Assembly: GCA_963793305.1 (NCBI GenBank)
Contig: CAWBZV010000014.1
Coordinates: 64,001-128,000, forward strand
DNA length: 64,000 nt
Source of the DNA: an uncultured Gemmatimonadales bacterium
Lineage (GTDB): Bacteria > Gemmatimonadota > Gemmatimonadetes > Gemmatimonadales > Gemmatimonadaceae
Direction: 5' to 3'
Shown here: positions 29,575 to 38,082 of the stretch, in pieces
Layout of the letters: every line of letters begins with the position of its first letter
Position numbering within the stretch: position 1 is the stretch's first letter
Made by a program: the position numbers and the translations under genes
Notes under the pieces: generated by a model
Told to the model about the DNA's origin: nothing
Seen by the model: only the letters and a program-made list of their open reading frames with translations
Databases searched by the model: none

Positions 29575-30374
29575 GCGACGAAGGCGAATTTCAGCAGCTG
29601 CTGTCGAAGATCGCGACCGAGCGCCAGTTCCACTGCCAGCACTACAAAGAGAAGTGCTTGCGGCGGCGCATCGGCGTCCGTCTGCGCGCGCGCGGCCTGC
29701 ACAGCTACTCGGATTACGCGCGGCTCCTGGACGGGGACGCGCGGGAGTACGAGAAGCTGCTCGATACGCTGACCATCAACGTCACCAAGCTCTTTCGGAA
29801 TTGGGAGACGTGGGAGGCGATGGCGGCCCACGTGGTTCCGGCGATCTGGGGGGAGCCTCGCAATGTGCACATCTGGAGCGCCGGGTGCTCATCGGGCGAA
29901 GAGGCGTATTCGCTGGCCGTCCTCATGCATCGCCACGCCAGCGCGATGCACGAATCACATCGGTTGAATCGCGTGGATATTCTGGGGACCGACATCGACC
30001 GCGAGAGTTTGACGGCCGCCGCGAAGGGGCTGTTCGATGACGATGCCTTCACCGATACGCCGGCCGAGATCAGAACCGCCTATTTCAGTCCGACGCAGCC
30101 GGCGACCGTGCGAGCCGACGCGAAACAGCTCGTCCGGTTTGAAAAGCGAGACCTGATCCGCGGCGACGCGCCCAAGGGCCTGCACCTGATCGCGTGCCGC
30201 AACGTGATCATCTATTTCGATCGCGTCACGCAGGAGCAGTTGTTCGTCCGGTTCCACGACGCGCTCGAGCCCGGCGGCTTTCTCGTGCTGGGCAAAGTCG
30301 AAACCCTGCTCGGCGCCACGCGCTCGTTGTTCGAGCCAGTGGACGCGCGCGAGCGCATCTTCCGCCGCCGGTGA
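29571..30374 (+). CDS. cheR: CheR methyltransferase
   Basis: LTINVTKLFRN, IWSAGCSSGEEAYS, CRNVIIYFD. Confidence 0.94.
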   Translation: MSDEGEFQQLLSKIATERQFHCQHYKEKCLRRRIGVRLRARGLHSYSDYARLLDGDAREYEKLLDTLTINVTKLFRNWETWEAMAAHVVPAIWGEPRNVHIWSAGCSSGEEAYSLAVLMHRHASAMHESHRLNRVDILGTDIDRESLTAAAKGLFDDDAFTDTPAEIRTAYFSPTQPATVRADAKQLVRFEKRDLIRGDAPKGLHLIACRNVIIYFDRVTQEQLFVRFHDALEPGGFLVLGKVETLLGATRSLFEPVDARERIFRRR

Positions 30375-30853
30375 ACGAGCACATTCGCGTCAAGGTCGCC
30401 GACTACGCCGTGGCCCGCGGCGATGCGATCATCGCCACCATCGGCCTCGGGTCGTGCGTCGCGATCACGGTCTACGACAACACCGCGCGCGTCGGTGGAT
30501 TGGCGCACATCCTGTTGCCGACCGAAGGCATGTCGCGCGATACACACAATCGCGCCAAGTTCCCGGGCTCGGCCGTCCCGCTCCTGCTCGAGGAGATGCG
30601 GAAGCTCGGCGCGAAAGGGCCCTTTCAGGCCAAGCTCGTCGGTGGGTCGAGCATGTTCGCGTCCCTCTTGCCACAGGGCGGCGTGAATATGGGTGACCGC
30701 AATGTCGATGCGTGCCGGCGCGCGCTGGGTCAAGCACAGATCTCGTTGATCGCGCAGGACACCGGTGGCACGTACGGCCGCAGCGTGTTCCTGCACATCC
30801 GCGATGGTCGCGTCATCGTTCGCTCGCTGGCGCACGGCGAGAAGATATTGTGA
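30371..30853 (+). CDS. cheD: CheD deamidase
   Basis: TIGLGSCVAI, GGLAHILLP, AKLVGG, DTGGTYGR. Confidence 0.92.
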   Translation: MNEHIRVKVADYAVARGDAIIATIGLGSCVAITVYDNTARVGGLAHILLPTEGMSRDTHNRAKFPGSAVPLLLEEMRKLGAKGPFQAKLVGGSSMFASLLPQGGVNMGDRNVDACRRALGQAQISLIAQDTGGTYGRSVFLHIRDGRVIVRSLAHGEKIL

Positions 30854-31917
30854 GCAACGTGAAGAGCGTCCTCGTAGTCGATGACAGCGCGTTCATGAGA
30901 AAAGTGGTCAGCGAGCTCGTGTCCGCGTCCAACGAGTTTCGCGTCATCGGGACGGCGCGCAACGGCTATGACGCGCTGAAGCAGATTCACACGCTCGAGC
31001 CGGACATCGTCACGATGGACATCGAGATGCCGGAGCTCGATGGCATCCAAGCGCTCGGATATATCATGTCCGAGACGCCGCGGCCGGTCGTGATGCTGAG
31101 CGGGGCCGAGACCGACGACTCGCGCGACCACACCATTCGCGCGTTGGAGCTCGGCGCCGTTGACTTTGTGCGCAAACCGTCCGGTCCCGTGTCGCTCGAC
31201 TTGCCGACCGTACGGGAACAGTTGTTGGCCGCGTTGCGCGCCGCCGCGTGCGTCAATTTGCGCGGTGTCGATGTCCTCGCACGCCCACGACAGTCGGGCA
31301 CGTGGCGGGTACCCGAACGAACGGGCGGAGCGACGAGGGTGGTTGTCATTGCCGCATCGACCGGGGGGCCCCGAGCGCTGGCCGAGGTCATCCCAAATTT
31401 GACCCCCACGATCGATGCCGCCGTACTGGTCGTGCAGCACATGCCCGGTGGATTTACGGCGAGCCTTGCCCAGAGACTCAACGACATGAGCCCCCTCAGG
31501 GTCGTCGAGGCCAAGGACGGGGATCGAATTGTCCACAATCGTGTGTATTTAGCCCCGGGGGGGTATCACATGCGCGTAGCGATACGGGACGGGTTGCCTA
31601 CGCTCACGTTAGATACCGCCGCCCCGATTTGGGGGGTGCGACCGGCGGCTGACCCGTTGTTTCGGTCGGCGGCCCAGATTTTCGGGCCATCCGTGGTTGG
31701 CGTCGTCCTGACTGGCATGGGGCGCGACGGCGCCGAAGGGCTCCGGACGATCCGAGACGCCGGGGGGCAGGGCGTCGTCCAAGATCAGATGACCTCTACG
31801 ATCTACGGTATGCCCCAGGCGGCGCTGGTGACCGCTGGAGCGGACCGTGTGGCGTCGCTTGTCGACGTGGCGCCCGCGGTCGCTGATCTCCTGGCCGCAG
31901 GCGGACGGGCGTCGTGA
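30850..31917 (+). CDS. cheB: CheB methylesterase with receiver domain
   Basis: VVDDSAFMR, DIVTMDIEMP, ASTGGP, VQHMP, LTGMGRDG. Confidence 0.95.
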   Translation: MSNVKSVLVVDDSAFMRKVVSELVSASNEFRVIGTARNGYDALKQIHTLEPDIVTMDIEMPELDGIQALGYIMSETPRPVVMLSGAETDDSRDHTIRALELGAVDFVRKPSGPVSLDLPTVREQLLAALRAAACVNLRGVDVLARPRQSGTWRVPERTGGATRVVVIAASTGGPRALAEVIPNLTPTIDAAVLVVQHMPGGFTASLAQRLNDMSPLRVVEAKDGDRIVHNRVYLAPGGYHMRVAIRDGLPTLTLDTAAPIWGVRPAADPLFRSAAQIFGPSVVGVVLTGMGRDGAEGLRTIRDAGGQGVVQDQMTSTIYGMPQAALVTAGADRVASLVDVAPAVADLLAAGGRAS

Positions 31918-32417
31918 GCGCGACGCTGGTGCCGACGACCGCGTATCAGCTCGCCGATGCGCAAGGCGTGCGCGAAGCCGCACGCCGGCGCGTGGGCGTC
32001 GTCGACCTGCTCGTGTTTCGAGCCGGCGGCGAGCGATTCGCCGTGGGTCTGGCGGCGGTCGACGAGGTCATCGACACCGGAATCATCACGGCATTCCCCC
32101 AGAGTCCGACGACGATGCTCGGCGTGTCCGAGATCCGCGGCGCGCTCGTTCCCGTGTACACGCCCGGCCCGGCGCTCGGCGTGGACATCGTGGACCGCAA
32201 GAAGATCGTCGTGGCCCGTGGTCGCGATGGACGCCGCGTCGGTCTCGCGGTCGACGACGCCGAAGGCGTGATGGCGTTCGACTTCGAGACGCTGAATACG
32301 GCGGCGGCTCAGGGGATGCTGCTCGGGATATCTCCACGCGGGAGTCTCTTAGCTGTCGTCGATATCGAGGCGCTGGTCGCCGCGTGCACTACCGATCGGG
32401 TCGAGGAGACCTCATGA
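31914..32417 (+). CDS. cheW: CheW-like adaptor 2 (divergent)
   Basis: LLVFRAGGERFAV, MLGVSEIRG, VGLAVDD. Confidence 0.78.
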   Translation: MSATLVPTTAYQLADAQGVREAARRRVGVVDLLVFRAGGERFAVGLAAVDEVIDTGIITAFPQSPTTMLGVSEIRGALVPVYTPGPALGVDIVDRKKIVVARGRDGRRVGLAVDDAEGVMAFDFETLNTAAAQGMLLGISPRGSLLAVVDIEALVAACTTDRVEETS

Positions 32418-32881
32418 GCACCACCAACGGGCACGTTCAAATCGTCACGTTCCGCTTGGCAGGCGATCTGTTCGCCGCTGACATTCACGGCGTCGAGCGC
32501 GTGCTGCGTCGTCAGGAGACCACACCGGTGCCGAACGTACCGGATTGGATCACCGGCGTGATCGAGTATCAAAAGCGCGTGGTGCCGGTGATCGATCTCC
32601 GGGCGCGGTTCGAGATGGAAGTCGCCGAGGCGACGAACGAGACGCGCGTGTTGGTCTTTAACGCCGCGGATCAGTGGATCGCCGGCGTCGTGGATGCGGT
32701 CCTCGATGTGGCCGCCGTCGACAAGTCGGCCGTGCAGCCGCCGCCCGAGCTGTTTCGCGGGCTGGCGGGCGAGTACCTGAAAGGCATCGTGCGCCGCGAG
32801 AACAAGCTTGTCATGCTCCTCGACGTCACCAAGCTGTTGACCGCGACCGAGCGGTTGGCGCTGGAGCTGGTCGATGCCTGA
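32414..32881 (+). CDS. cheW: CheW adaptor 3
   Basis: IVTFRLAG, TPVPNVPDWITGVI, VPVIDLRARF. Confidence 0.88.
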   Translation: MSTTNGHVQIVTFRLAGDLFAADIHGVERVLRRQETTPVPNVPDWITGVIEYQKRVVPVIDLRARFEMEVAEATNETRVLVFNAADQWIAGVVDAVLDVAAVDKSAVQPPPELFRGLAGEYLKGIVRRENKLVMLLDVTKLLTATERLALELVDA

Positions 32882-33740
32882 CGAGTTGGTCGACCTGCGA
32901 ACCGCGTATCAGGCCATCGACGCGCGACTCGCCGGGCCGGAAGCACAGAACGGCGCTCGGGATCAGCTCAAGGGGGAGATCATCGCCCTCTATAAGCGCG
33001 TGGAGCAGCGCGTGACCGAGCTGTCCGCGCTCAAGGACGACATCAAGAAGCTCGTCGACAAGTGGAAGACGATGCAGCAGCAGGCCGCGCCCTCCGTCGC
33101 GCCGCAATTTACCGGCGAACGGCCGACGGTGCATGCGGACCACATCGGCGCCTCGACCTTTATTGAAAAAGGCTGGAGCCGGATTTCCCTGGGCGACTAC
33201 GAAGGGGCCGAGGCGGCGTTGACCAAGGCGCTCGAGCTCTCGCCGAACGATCCGCAATCGGAGTCACTGCTCGGCTGGGCGCAGATGCTGCAAGAGAAGT
33301 ACGACGACGCACTGTTGAACTTCCAACGCGTGCTGATGCGCCAGCCCTCGAACGCGCTCGCGCGCATCAACGTCGGCTACATCTGCCTCAAGAAGCGCAT
33401 CTTCGGCGAGGCCATCGAGCATTTGTCGAAGGCCATTCGGCTCGATAACGACAAAAAAGCCACGCTCTACGCGCACTTCTATCTCGGCCTCGTGTATCTC
33501 GAGCGCGAGATGTACGAGGACGCGCAGACGTTCTTCGAGAAGACGCTCGCACTCGGCCCCAACCTCATCGAGGCCTACTACGAGCTCGGCCGCGCGCGTT
33601 GGTTCGGCGGGCTGGCGGAGCACGCGCTCGAGGCGTGGCGCGCGGGACACGCGGCGAACAAGTTCAATCCATGGGGGAAGCGCTGCGCCGAGGTGCTGGA
33701 GGCGGTCGCCGCCGGCGGCGAACCCCCGCACGCTCCATAG
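32874..33740 (+). CDS. Coiled-coil + TPR protein
   Basis: N-terminal coiled coil followed by about five TPRs (AHFYLGLVYL, AYYELGRA). Confidence 0.82.
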   Translation: MPDELVDLRTAYQAIDARLAGPEAQNGARDQLKGEIIALYKRVEQRVTELSALKDDIKKLVDKWKTMQQQAAPSVAPQFTGERPTVHADHIGASTFIEKGWSRISLGDYEGAEAALTKALELSPNDPQSESLLGWAQMLQEKYDDALLNFQRVLMRQPSNALARINVGYICLKKRIFGEAIEHLSKAIRLDNDKKATLYAHFYLGLVYLEREMYEDAQTFFEKTLALGPNLIEAYYELGRARWFGGLAEHALEAWRAGHAANKFNPWGKRCAEVLEAVAAGGEPPHAP

Positions 33741-34747
33741 GGCTCACGCTAGCGCTACTGGCGTCCACGGCCGCCGCGACCATTCCGGCTACCCAGGGCA
33801 GCCCAGCCACTGAGACTCCTGAGAGCCGAGGCGACGAGCGCGAAGCGCGAGGAGAAATAGCGACGCGGATCGATGTCGGCCGCTTTACGGCGATCGCCTT
33901 CGCTGCCGACACGGTGCTGGCAAGGCACCTGTTGCAGCAGGCGGTTCGGATCGACACGTTCCCGGGCCTGCCAAGACCAACCGAGCATGTCCTGATCGCG
34001 ATCGCGCCTGACCGGGCGCGGTTTAAGGCATGGGCGGGGCCCGCGGCGCCGGAGTGGGGCGCCGGCCTGGCGTTTCCCGAGTCGCACAAGATCCTGCTCC
34101 AGGGCCACACGGCGTCGTCCGCCGCCGGGAACCCGACCGTGACGCTCCGGCACGAGCTGGCCCACCTGGCGCTCCATGAGTTTTTCGGCGACGCGGGCGA
34201 CGGAATCCCGCGGTGGTTCGACGAGGGATACGCCTGTTACGCCGCCGGCGAAGTCGGTCGCGACGACGCGCTGGCGGCGAACGTCGCACTGGCGTTCCGA
34301 GGGACGCCGACCCTGGCGCAGGTTGACAGCGGGTTGACCGGAACCGCCTTGGAGGCCGATGCGAGCTACGCCCTGGCGTATCGGGCGGTCGCGGATCTGG
34401 CGGCGAGGGATCCCCAGCGTGGGCTGGCGCTGCTCTTCGCCGACTGGCGGGATACCGGGTCTCTCGAGCGCGCCGTGCGCCGAGCCTATGGCGTCACGAT
34501 CGAGGGGTTCGAGACGGATTGGCGCTCGCGCGTCCGCCGCCGCTACGGCGTCTTGGCGCTCGTGACGGATATCAGCGTCGCGTCGCTGCTGCTTCTCGTG
34601 TTTCTGACGCCGCTCTACATCGCCCGGCGCCGGCGCGACCGGGAGCGGATGGCGGCGCTGCGCGCTGCCGAGGAGGCAGCCGAGGAGCGAGAGCGGCGCG
34701 ACGCGATCGACGCGCTACTCGCCACGTTGCCGAGGGGATCGGCGTAA
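33671..34747 (+). CDS. Exported peptidase MA/gluzincin-like protein with C-terminal TM anchor
   Basis: Signal-like N-terminus, HELAH, PRWFDEGYA, TM (VASLLLLVFLTPLYIA) followed by RRRR. Start is uncertain. Confidence 0.75.
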   Translation: MGEALRRGAGGGRRRRRTPARSIGLTLALLASTAAATIPATQGSPATETPESRGDEREARGEIATRIDVGRFTAIAFAADTVLARHLLQQAVRIDTFPGLPRPTEHVLIAIAPDRARFKAWAGPAAPEWGAGLAFPESHKILLQGHTASSAAGNPTVTLRHELAHLALHEFFGDAGDGIPRWFDEGYACYAAGEVGRDDALAANVALAFRGTPTLAQVDSGLTGTALEADASYALAYRAVADLAARDPQRGLALLFADWRDTGSLERAVRRAYGVTIEGFETDWRSRVRRRYGVLALVTDISVASLLLLVFLTPLYIARRRRDRERMAALRAAEEAAEERERRDAIDALLATLPRGSA

Positions 34748-34768
34748 TGACACTGGGATGAACTTCTA

Positions 34769-34797
34769 TTGACACTGTTTTCGACTGGTTCTACTCT
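34769..34797 (+). promoter_or_regulatory. Near-consensus sigma70 promoter
   Basis: TTGACA (34769-34774)-N17-TACTCT (34792-34797), 6 nt before ATG 34804. Confidence 0.75.
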
Positions 34798-34803
34798 TTT
34801 AAA

Positions 34804-34992
34804 ATGGCATCGAACACGACGAACTCACCGGCAGCGGCGAATTTATGGCGCCGTCGAGCCTTGTTTTGGGCGCTGGCGGCGGTCGTGATCATCCTCGGGT
34901 TTGCCGATCTGGCGCGGGGCGGGGAAACGTTGGCCCCCGTGCTCCTCGTCATCGGCTACTGTGTGTTGGTGCCGATCGCCATACTCCAGTAG
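34804..34992 (+). CDS. 62-aa small protein with two hydrophobic segments
   Basis: ALFWALAAVVIILGF and LAPVLLVIGYCVLVPIAIL. The ATG sits at the predicted +1 of a strong promoter. Confidence 0.65.
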   Translation: MASNTTNSPAAANLWRRRALFWALAAVVIILGFADLARGGETLAPVLLVIGYCVLVPIAILQ

Positions 34993-35038
34993 CCCGGTCG
35001 TTCCAATCTGGTCCTCGGCATCCTACCGTACTCCCAGC

Positions 35039-35112
35039 GGGCGAATAGCTCAGTTGGTTAGAGCGCCTGCCTTACACGCAGGATGTCGGGGGTTCGAGTC
35101 CCTCTTCGCCCA
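35039..35112 (+). tRNA. tRNA-Val(TAC), 3' CCA not encoded
   Basis: Acceptor stem GGGCGAA/TTCGCCC, D arm AGCTCAGTTGGTTAGAGC, anticodon arm CCTGC-CTTACAC-GCAGG, T loop GGTTCGAGTCC. Discriminator A is followed by TAT. Confidence 0.96.
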
Positions 35113-35140
35113 TATGAGTAAACGTTTGGAGGTTGGTCAC

Positions 35141-36841
35141 GTGACGGTTCGTTCTTGGTTGGGACTCGCACTGGTGTTCTGCGCAAGTATTGCCGGCGCG
35201 CAATCTCCGCCCAGGCAGCACGATGCGGACGCGCTGAAGCTGCTTGTCGTACCGGCCTTCAACGGCGACAAGACCATCGCCTGCAAAACGGCGATGGAAG
35301 TGCGCGACAAAATCGAGGATGACCTCGACGGCCGTCACCTCTGGGTCGTTTCTCGCACCAATATCGAGGAAACGCTCAAGGCGTCCGGTTTCCCGGTCTG
35401 CGACCCCATCACCCCGTCCGACGCCAAGCAGCTCTCCAGCCAGCTACGGGCCGACGCATACGTCGACGGCACGATCTCGAAGGTCGCGGCATTGCCCGCA
35501 CCCGCGAACGGACCAGGCATCCACCTCGAGGCCAAGCTCGTCCTCGCGCGCGGCCCCGAGTTCTCGCAGCCACTGCCGCCGGCCGAGGGCAGGGATGCCG
35601 GCGCCGTCGCGAAGCAGGTATCGAAGTCGCTCGACGCCGCGCTCAAGCAGATTCCGGGCGAAGACAAGTGCTATAAGGCCGCCGGTCAGCAGCAATACCC
35701 AGCGGCACTGGCGGCTGCGCAGACGGCGATCACCGCCTATCCGCAGTCGACGTTGGCTCGTTTGTGCATCGCCAATGTGTACGCGGCCGAGAAGCTTCCG
35801 GCCGACTCGATCATCTCGGCGACCAAACCGATCCTGGCGCTCGATCCGCACAACCGCCGGTCGTTGGAGCTCGTCGCCCAGGCGTATTACGACAAGAAGG
35901 ACTTCGACAACGCGGTCAAGGCGTGGACGGAGCTGATTGCCGGCGATCCATCGAACTCCGAGTTGATCGAGGGCATTATCACGAAGATCGTGCAGAGCGG
36001 TCACGCGGAAGCGGCCCTGCCGATCATGAAGCAGGTCGTCGAGCAGAACCAGGGTGATCCCAAGCTCCTCGAGCTCTACTATCGCCTCTTGATCGTCACG
36101 AGGCACTTCAAGGAAGCGATTCCGATCGGCGAAGAAGTCGTCAAGGAAGACACCGCGTTCGCCGACACACTGTACTTCGTGCGTCAGACGCGGGCGTACG
36201 CGGGCGACAGCCAGTTCACGAAGGCGGCGGAGACGGCCCAAAAGGGCTTGGCGAAGTTTCCGACCAACGAAGCGCTGATGTTGCTCGAGGCACAGGAGCT
36301 GAGAGACGGCGGCCAGATCGCGCAGGCGAAGACCTTGCTGCTCCAGATTCTGCAGAAGGATCCGAAGAACGCGGACGCGGCGCAGATGCTTGTGACGATC
36401 TACGCGCAGGCGGGGAATACCGACAGTACGTTGTGGGCGCTTCATCAGGCGATCGCCGCCGGCGTTCCGCCATCGAACATAGCCGCCATCGCGCTCAGTC
36501 AAGGCAACATCATGTATCGCAAGGGGAACCCGACCAAGAACAAGGACACGCTGGACATCGCGATCAAGTTCTTCGCGTACTCCGATAGTCTGGTGCCGGA
36601 CACAAAGCCGAAGTTCTTGATGGGCGCGTCGGCGTTCGTGATCGGGTATGCGCTGGCCCAGGAAGCATCGAAGGAAAAGAGTTGCCCGCTCGCGAAATCG
36701 GCGGGGGAGTACTTCACGATCACGCAGACCGAGGCGCCGGCGGGGTTGCAGGACTTCCCTGAGCCCGCGAAGCAGATTCTGTCGGGGCTCCAGCAGCTCA
36801 ATCCATTCGTTCAGAAAGAAGTCAAAGCCTTCTGCAAGTAG
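35141..36841 (+). CDS. Exported TPR protein with an N-terminal TolB-N/CsgG-like segment
   Basis: GGAGG (35128-35132) 8 nt before GTG 35141. Signal peptide ends SIAGA-Q, followed by LLVVPAF...YVDGTI and helical TPR repeats. Confidence 0.78.
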   Translation: MTVRSWLGLALVFCASIAGAQSPPRQHDADALKLLVVPAFNGDKTIACKTAMEVRDKIEDDLDGRHLWVVSRTNIEETLKASGFPVCDPITPSDAKQLSSQLRADAYVDGTISKVAALPAPANGPGIHLEAKLVLARGPEFSQPLPPAEGRDAGAVAKQVSKSLDAALKQIPGEDKCYKAAGQQQYPAALAAAQTAITAYPQSTLARLCIANVYAAEKLPADSIISATKPILALDPHNRRSLELVAQAYYDKKDFDNAVKAWTELIAGDPSNSELIEGIITKIVQSGHAEAALPIMKQVVEQNQGDPKLLELYYRLLIVTRHFKEAIPIGEEVVKEDTAFADTLYFVRQTRAYAGDSQFTKAAETAQKGLAKFPTNEALMLLEAQELRDGGQIAQAKTLLLQILQKDPKNADAAQMLVTIYAQAGNTDSTLWALHQAIAAGVPPSNIAAIALSQGNIMYRKGNPTKNKDTLDIAIKFFAYSDSLVPDTKPKFLMGASAFVIGYALAQEASKEKSCPLAKSAGEYFTITQTEAPAGLQDFPEPAKQILSGLQQLNPFVQKEVKAFCK

Positions 36842-36851
36842 CGGCGACGAC

Positions 36852-37780
36852 ATGACGGACGAGGGGGCGCGGTGGGATTCTCCCTACCACGCCCCCGTCA
36901 TGGTCGACTCCGTGGTCGGCCATCTCCGCGGGGCCGCGCGTGTGCTCGACGGGACCCTCGGCGGCGGTGGGCACGCTACGGCGCTCCTGTCCGCTGGCTC
37001 CGCGGTCGACGGCATCGACCTGGATCTCAATGCGCTCGCCGCCGCGCGGCGGCGCCTGGCCGGCTTCGAGCACTTTCGCGCCGTCCACGGGAATTACGCC
37101 GACGTGGATCGCATTCCGGAGTTGGCCGGGGCGCGGTACGACGGCATCTTGCTGGACCTCGGGATCTCGTCTCATCAAATTGACGATCCAGCACGTGGCT
37201 TCTCGTTTCGTCCCGGTGTCCCGCTCGACATGCGTATGCATCAGGGCGACGCGACTGACGCACGGTCCTGCTGAATGACAGTGACGAGGCGACGCTCACC
37301 ACATCTTTCGATCGTATGGCGACGAACCACGGGCGGCGCGATTGGCGCGCGAGATCGTGCGTCGTCGACGTACACGTCACTTCGCCACCGCGCGACGATC
37401 TGGTGGGCGCCATTCGTGGCGCATTGGGCCCGCGAAGCGGACCGGGTGATTTTGCGCGGCTCTTCCAGGCGATACGGATCGCGGTCAATGGGGAGCTCGA
37501 GCGACTGCCGGAGGCGCTCGTGACGCTGCGAGACCGCCTCAACCCGGGTGGGCGGTTCGTCGTGATCGCCTACCATTCGGGCGAAGATCGTATCGTGAAA
37601 AATGCATTTCGCGATTGGAGCGTCGCCTGCATCTGCCCACCGCTCGCGCCGCGCTGTACCTGTGGCGCCACCGCACGCGGTCGCCTCGTGACGAAGAAGG
37701 CCGAGCGGCCTTCGGCCGAGGAGACCGAGCGGAATGGCAGGGCGCGCAGCGCGCGACTGCGCGTCTGGGCCGCCGCGTGA
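36852..37780 (+). CDS. rsmH: 16S rRNA C1402 methyltransferase (three apparent indels at 37260-37395)
   Basis: HAPVMV, DGTLGGGGH, DLGISSHQID, PLDMRM, YGDEP, FQAIRIAVNGE, YHSGEDR, ARSARLR, spread over three frames. Confidence 0.9.
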
Positions 37781-38082
37781 TGGCGAAGCGACGCGGGGGG
37801 CGGGGACCTCGCGGGCGCACCGTGGTCGCACTCGGCCTAGTCGCGTTCGTACTGGTCGCTTCGGCCGTGGTCTGGCGACGGTCGGTGGGACTGCGCGAGG
37901 CGGCTAACGTCAGAAAGCTCGACATTCAACGCGCGGCGCTCGACGGCGAGGTCACGAAGCTCGAGACGACGATTCGGTCGTTATCCAGCCGCGAGCACCT
38001 GGGTGCGGTTGCCGAGCAGCGCTTGCACATGCGCGTGCCCGACGACAGCCAGGTCATCGTACTTCCTAATGCGCCGCATTAG
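37780..38082 (+). CDS. ftsL: FtsL-like cell division protein
   Basis: Basic N-terminus, one TM, coiled coil. Lies between rsmH and ftsI. Confidence 0.7.
   Translation: MAKRRGGRGPRGRTVVALGLVAFVLVASAVVWRRSVGLREAANVRKLDIQRAALDGEVTKLETTIRSLSSREHLGAVAEQRLHMRVPDDSQVIVLPNAPH

Noticed and set aside
34645..34700. AAEEAAEE tail as a CheR methylation site
   Set aside because: Does not match the small-small-x-x-EE-x-x-small-small receptor consensus.
35039..35112. tRNA-Val as an integration site
   Set aside because: No integrase, no duplicated tRNA 3' end and no compositional shift seen.
34901..35140. N-terminal extension of the TPR ORF across the tRNA
   Set aside because: An SD plus GTG at 35141 gives a clean signal peptide, so the extension is incidental.
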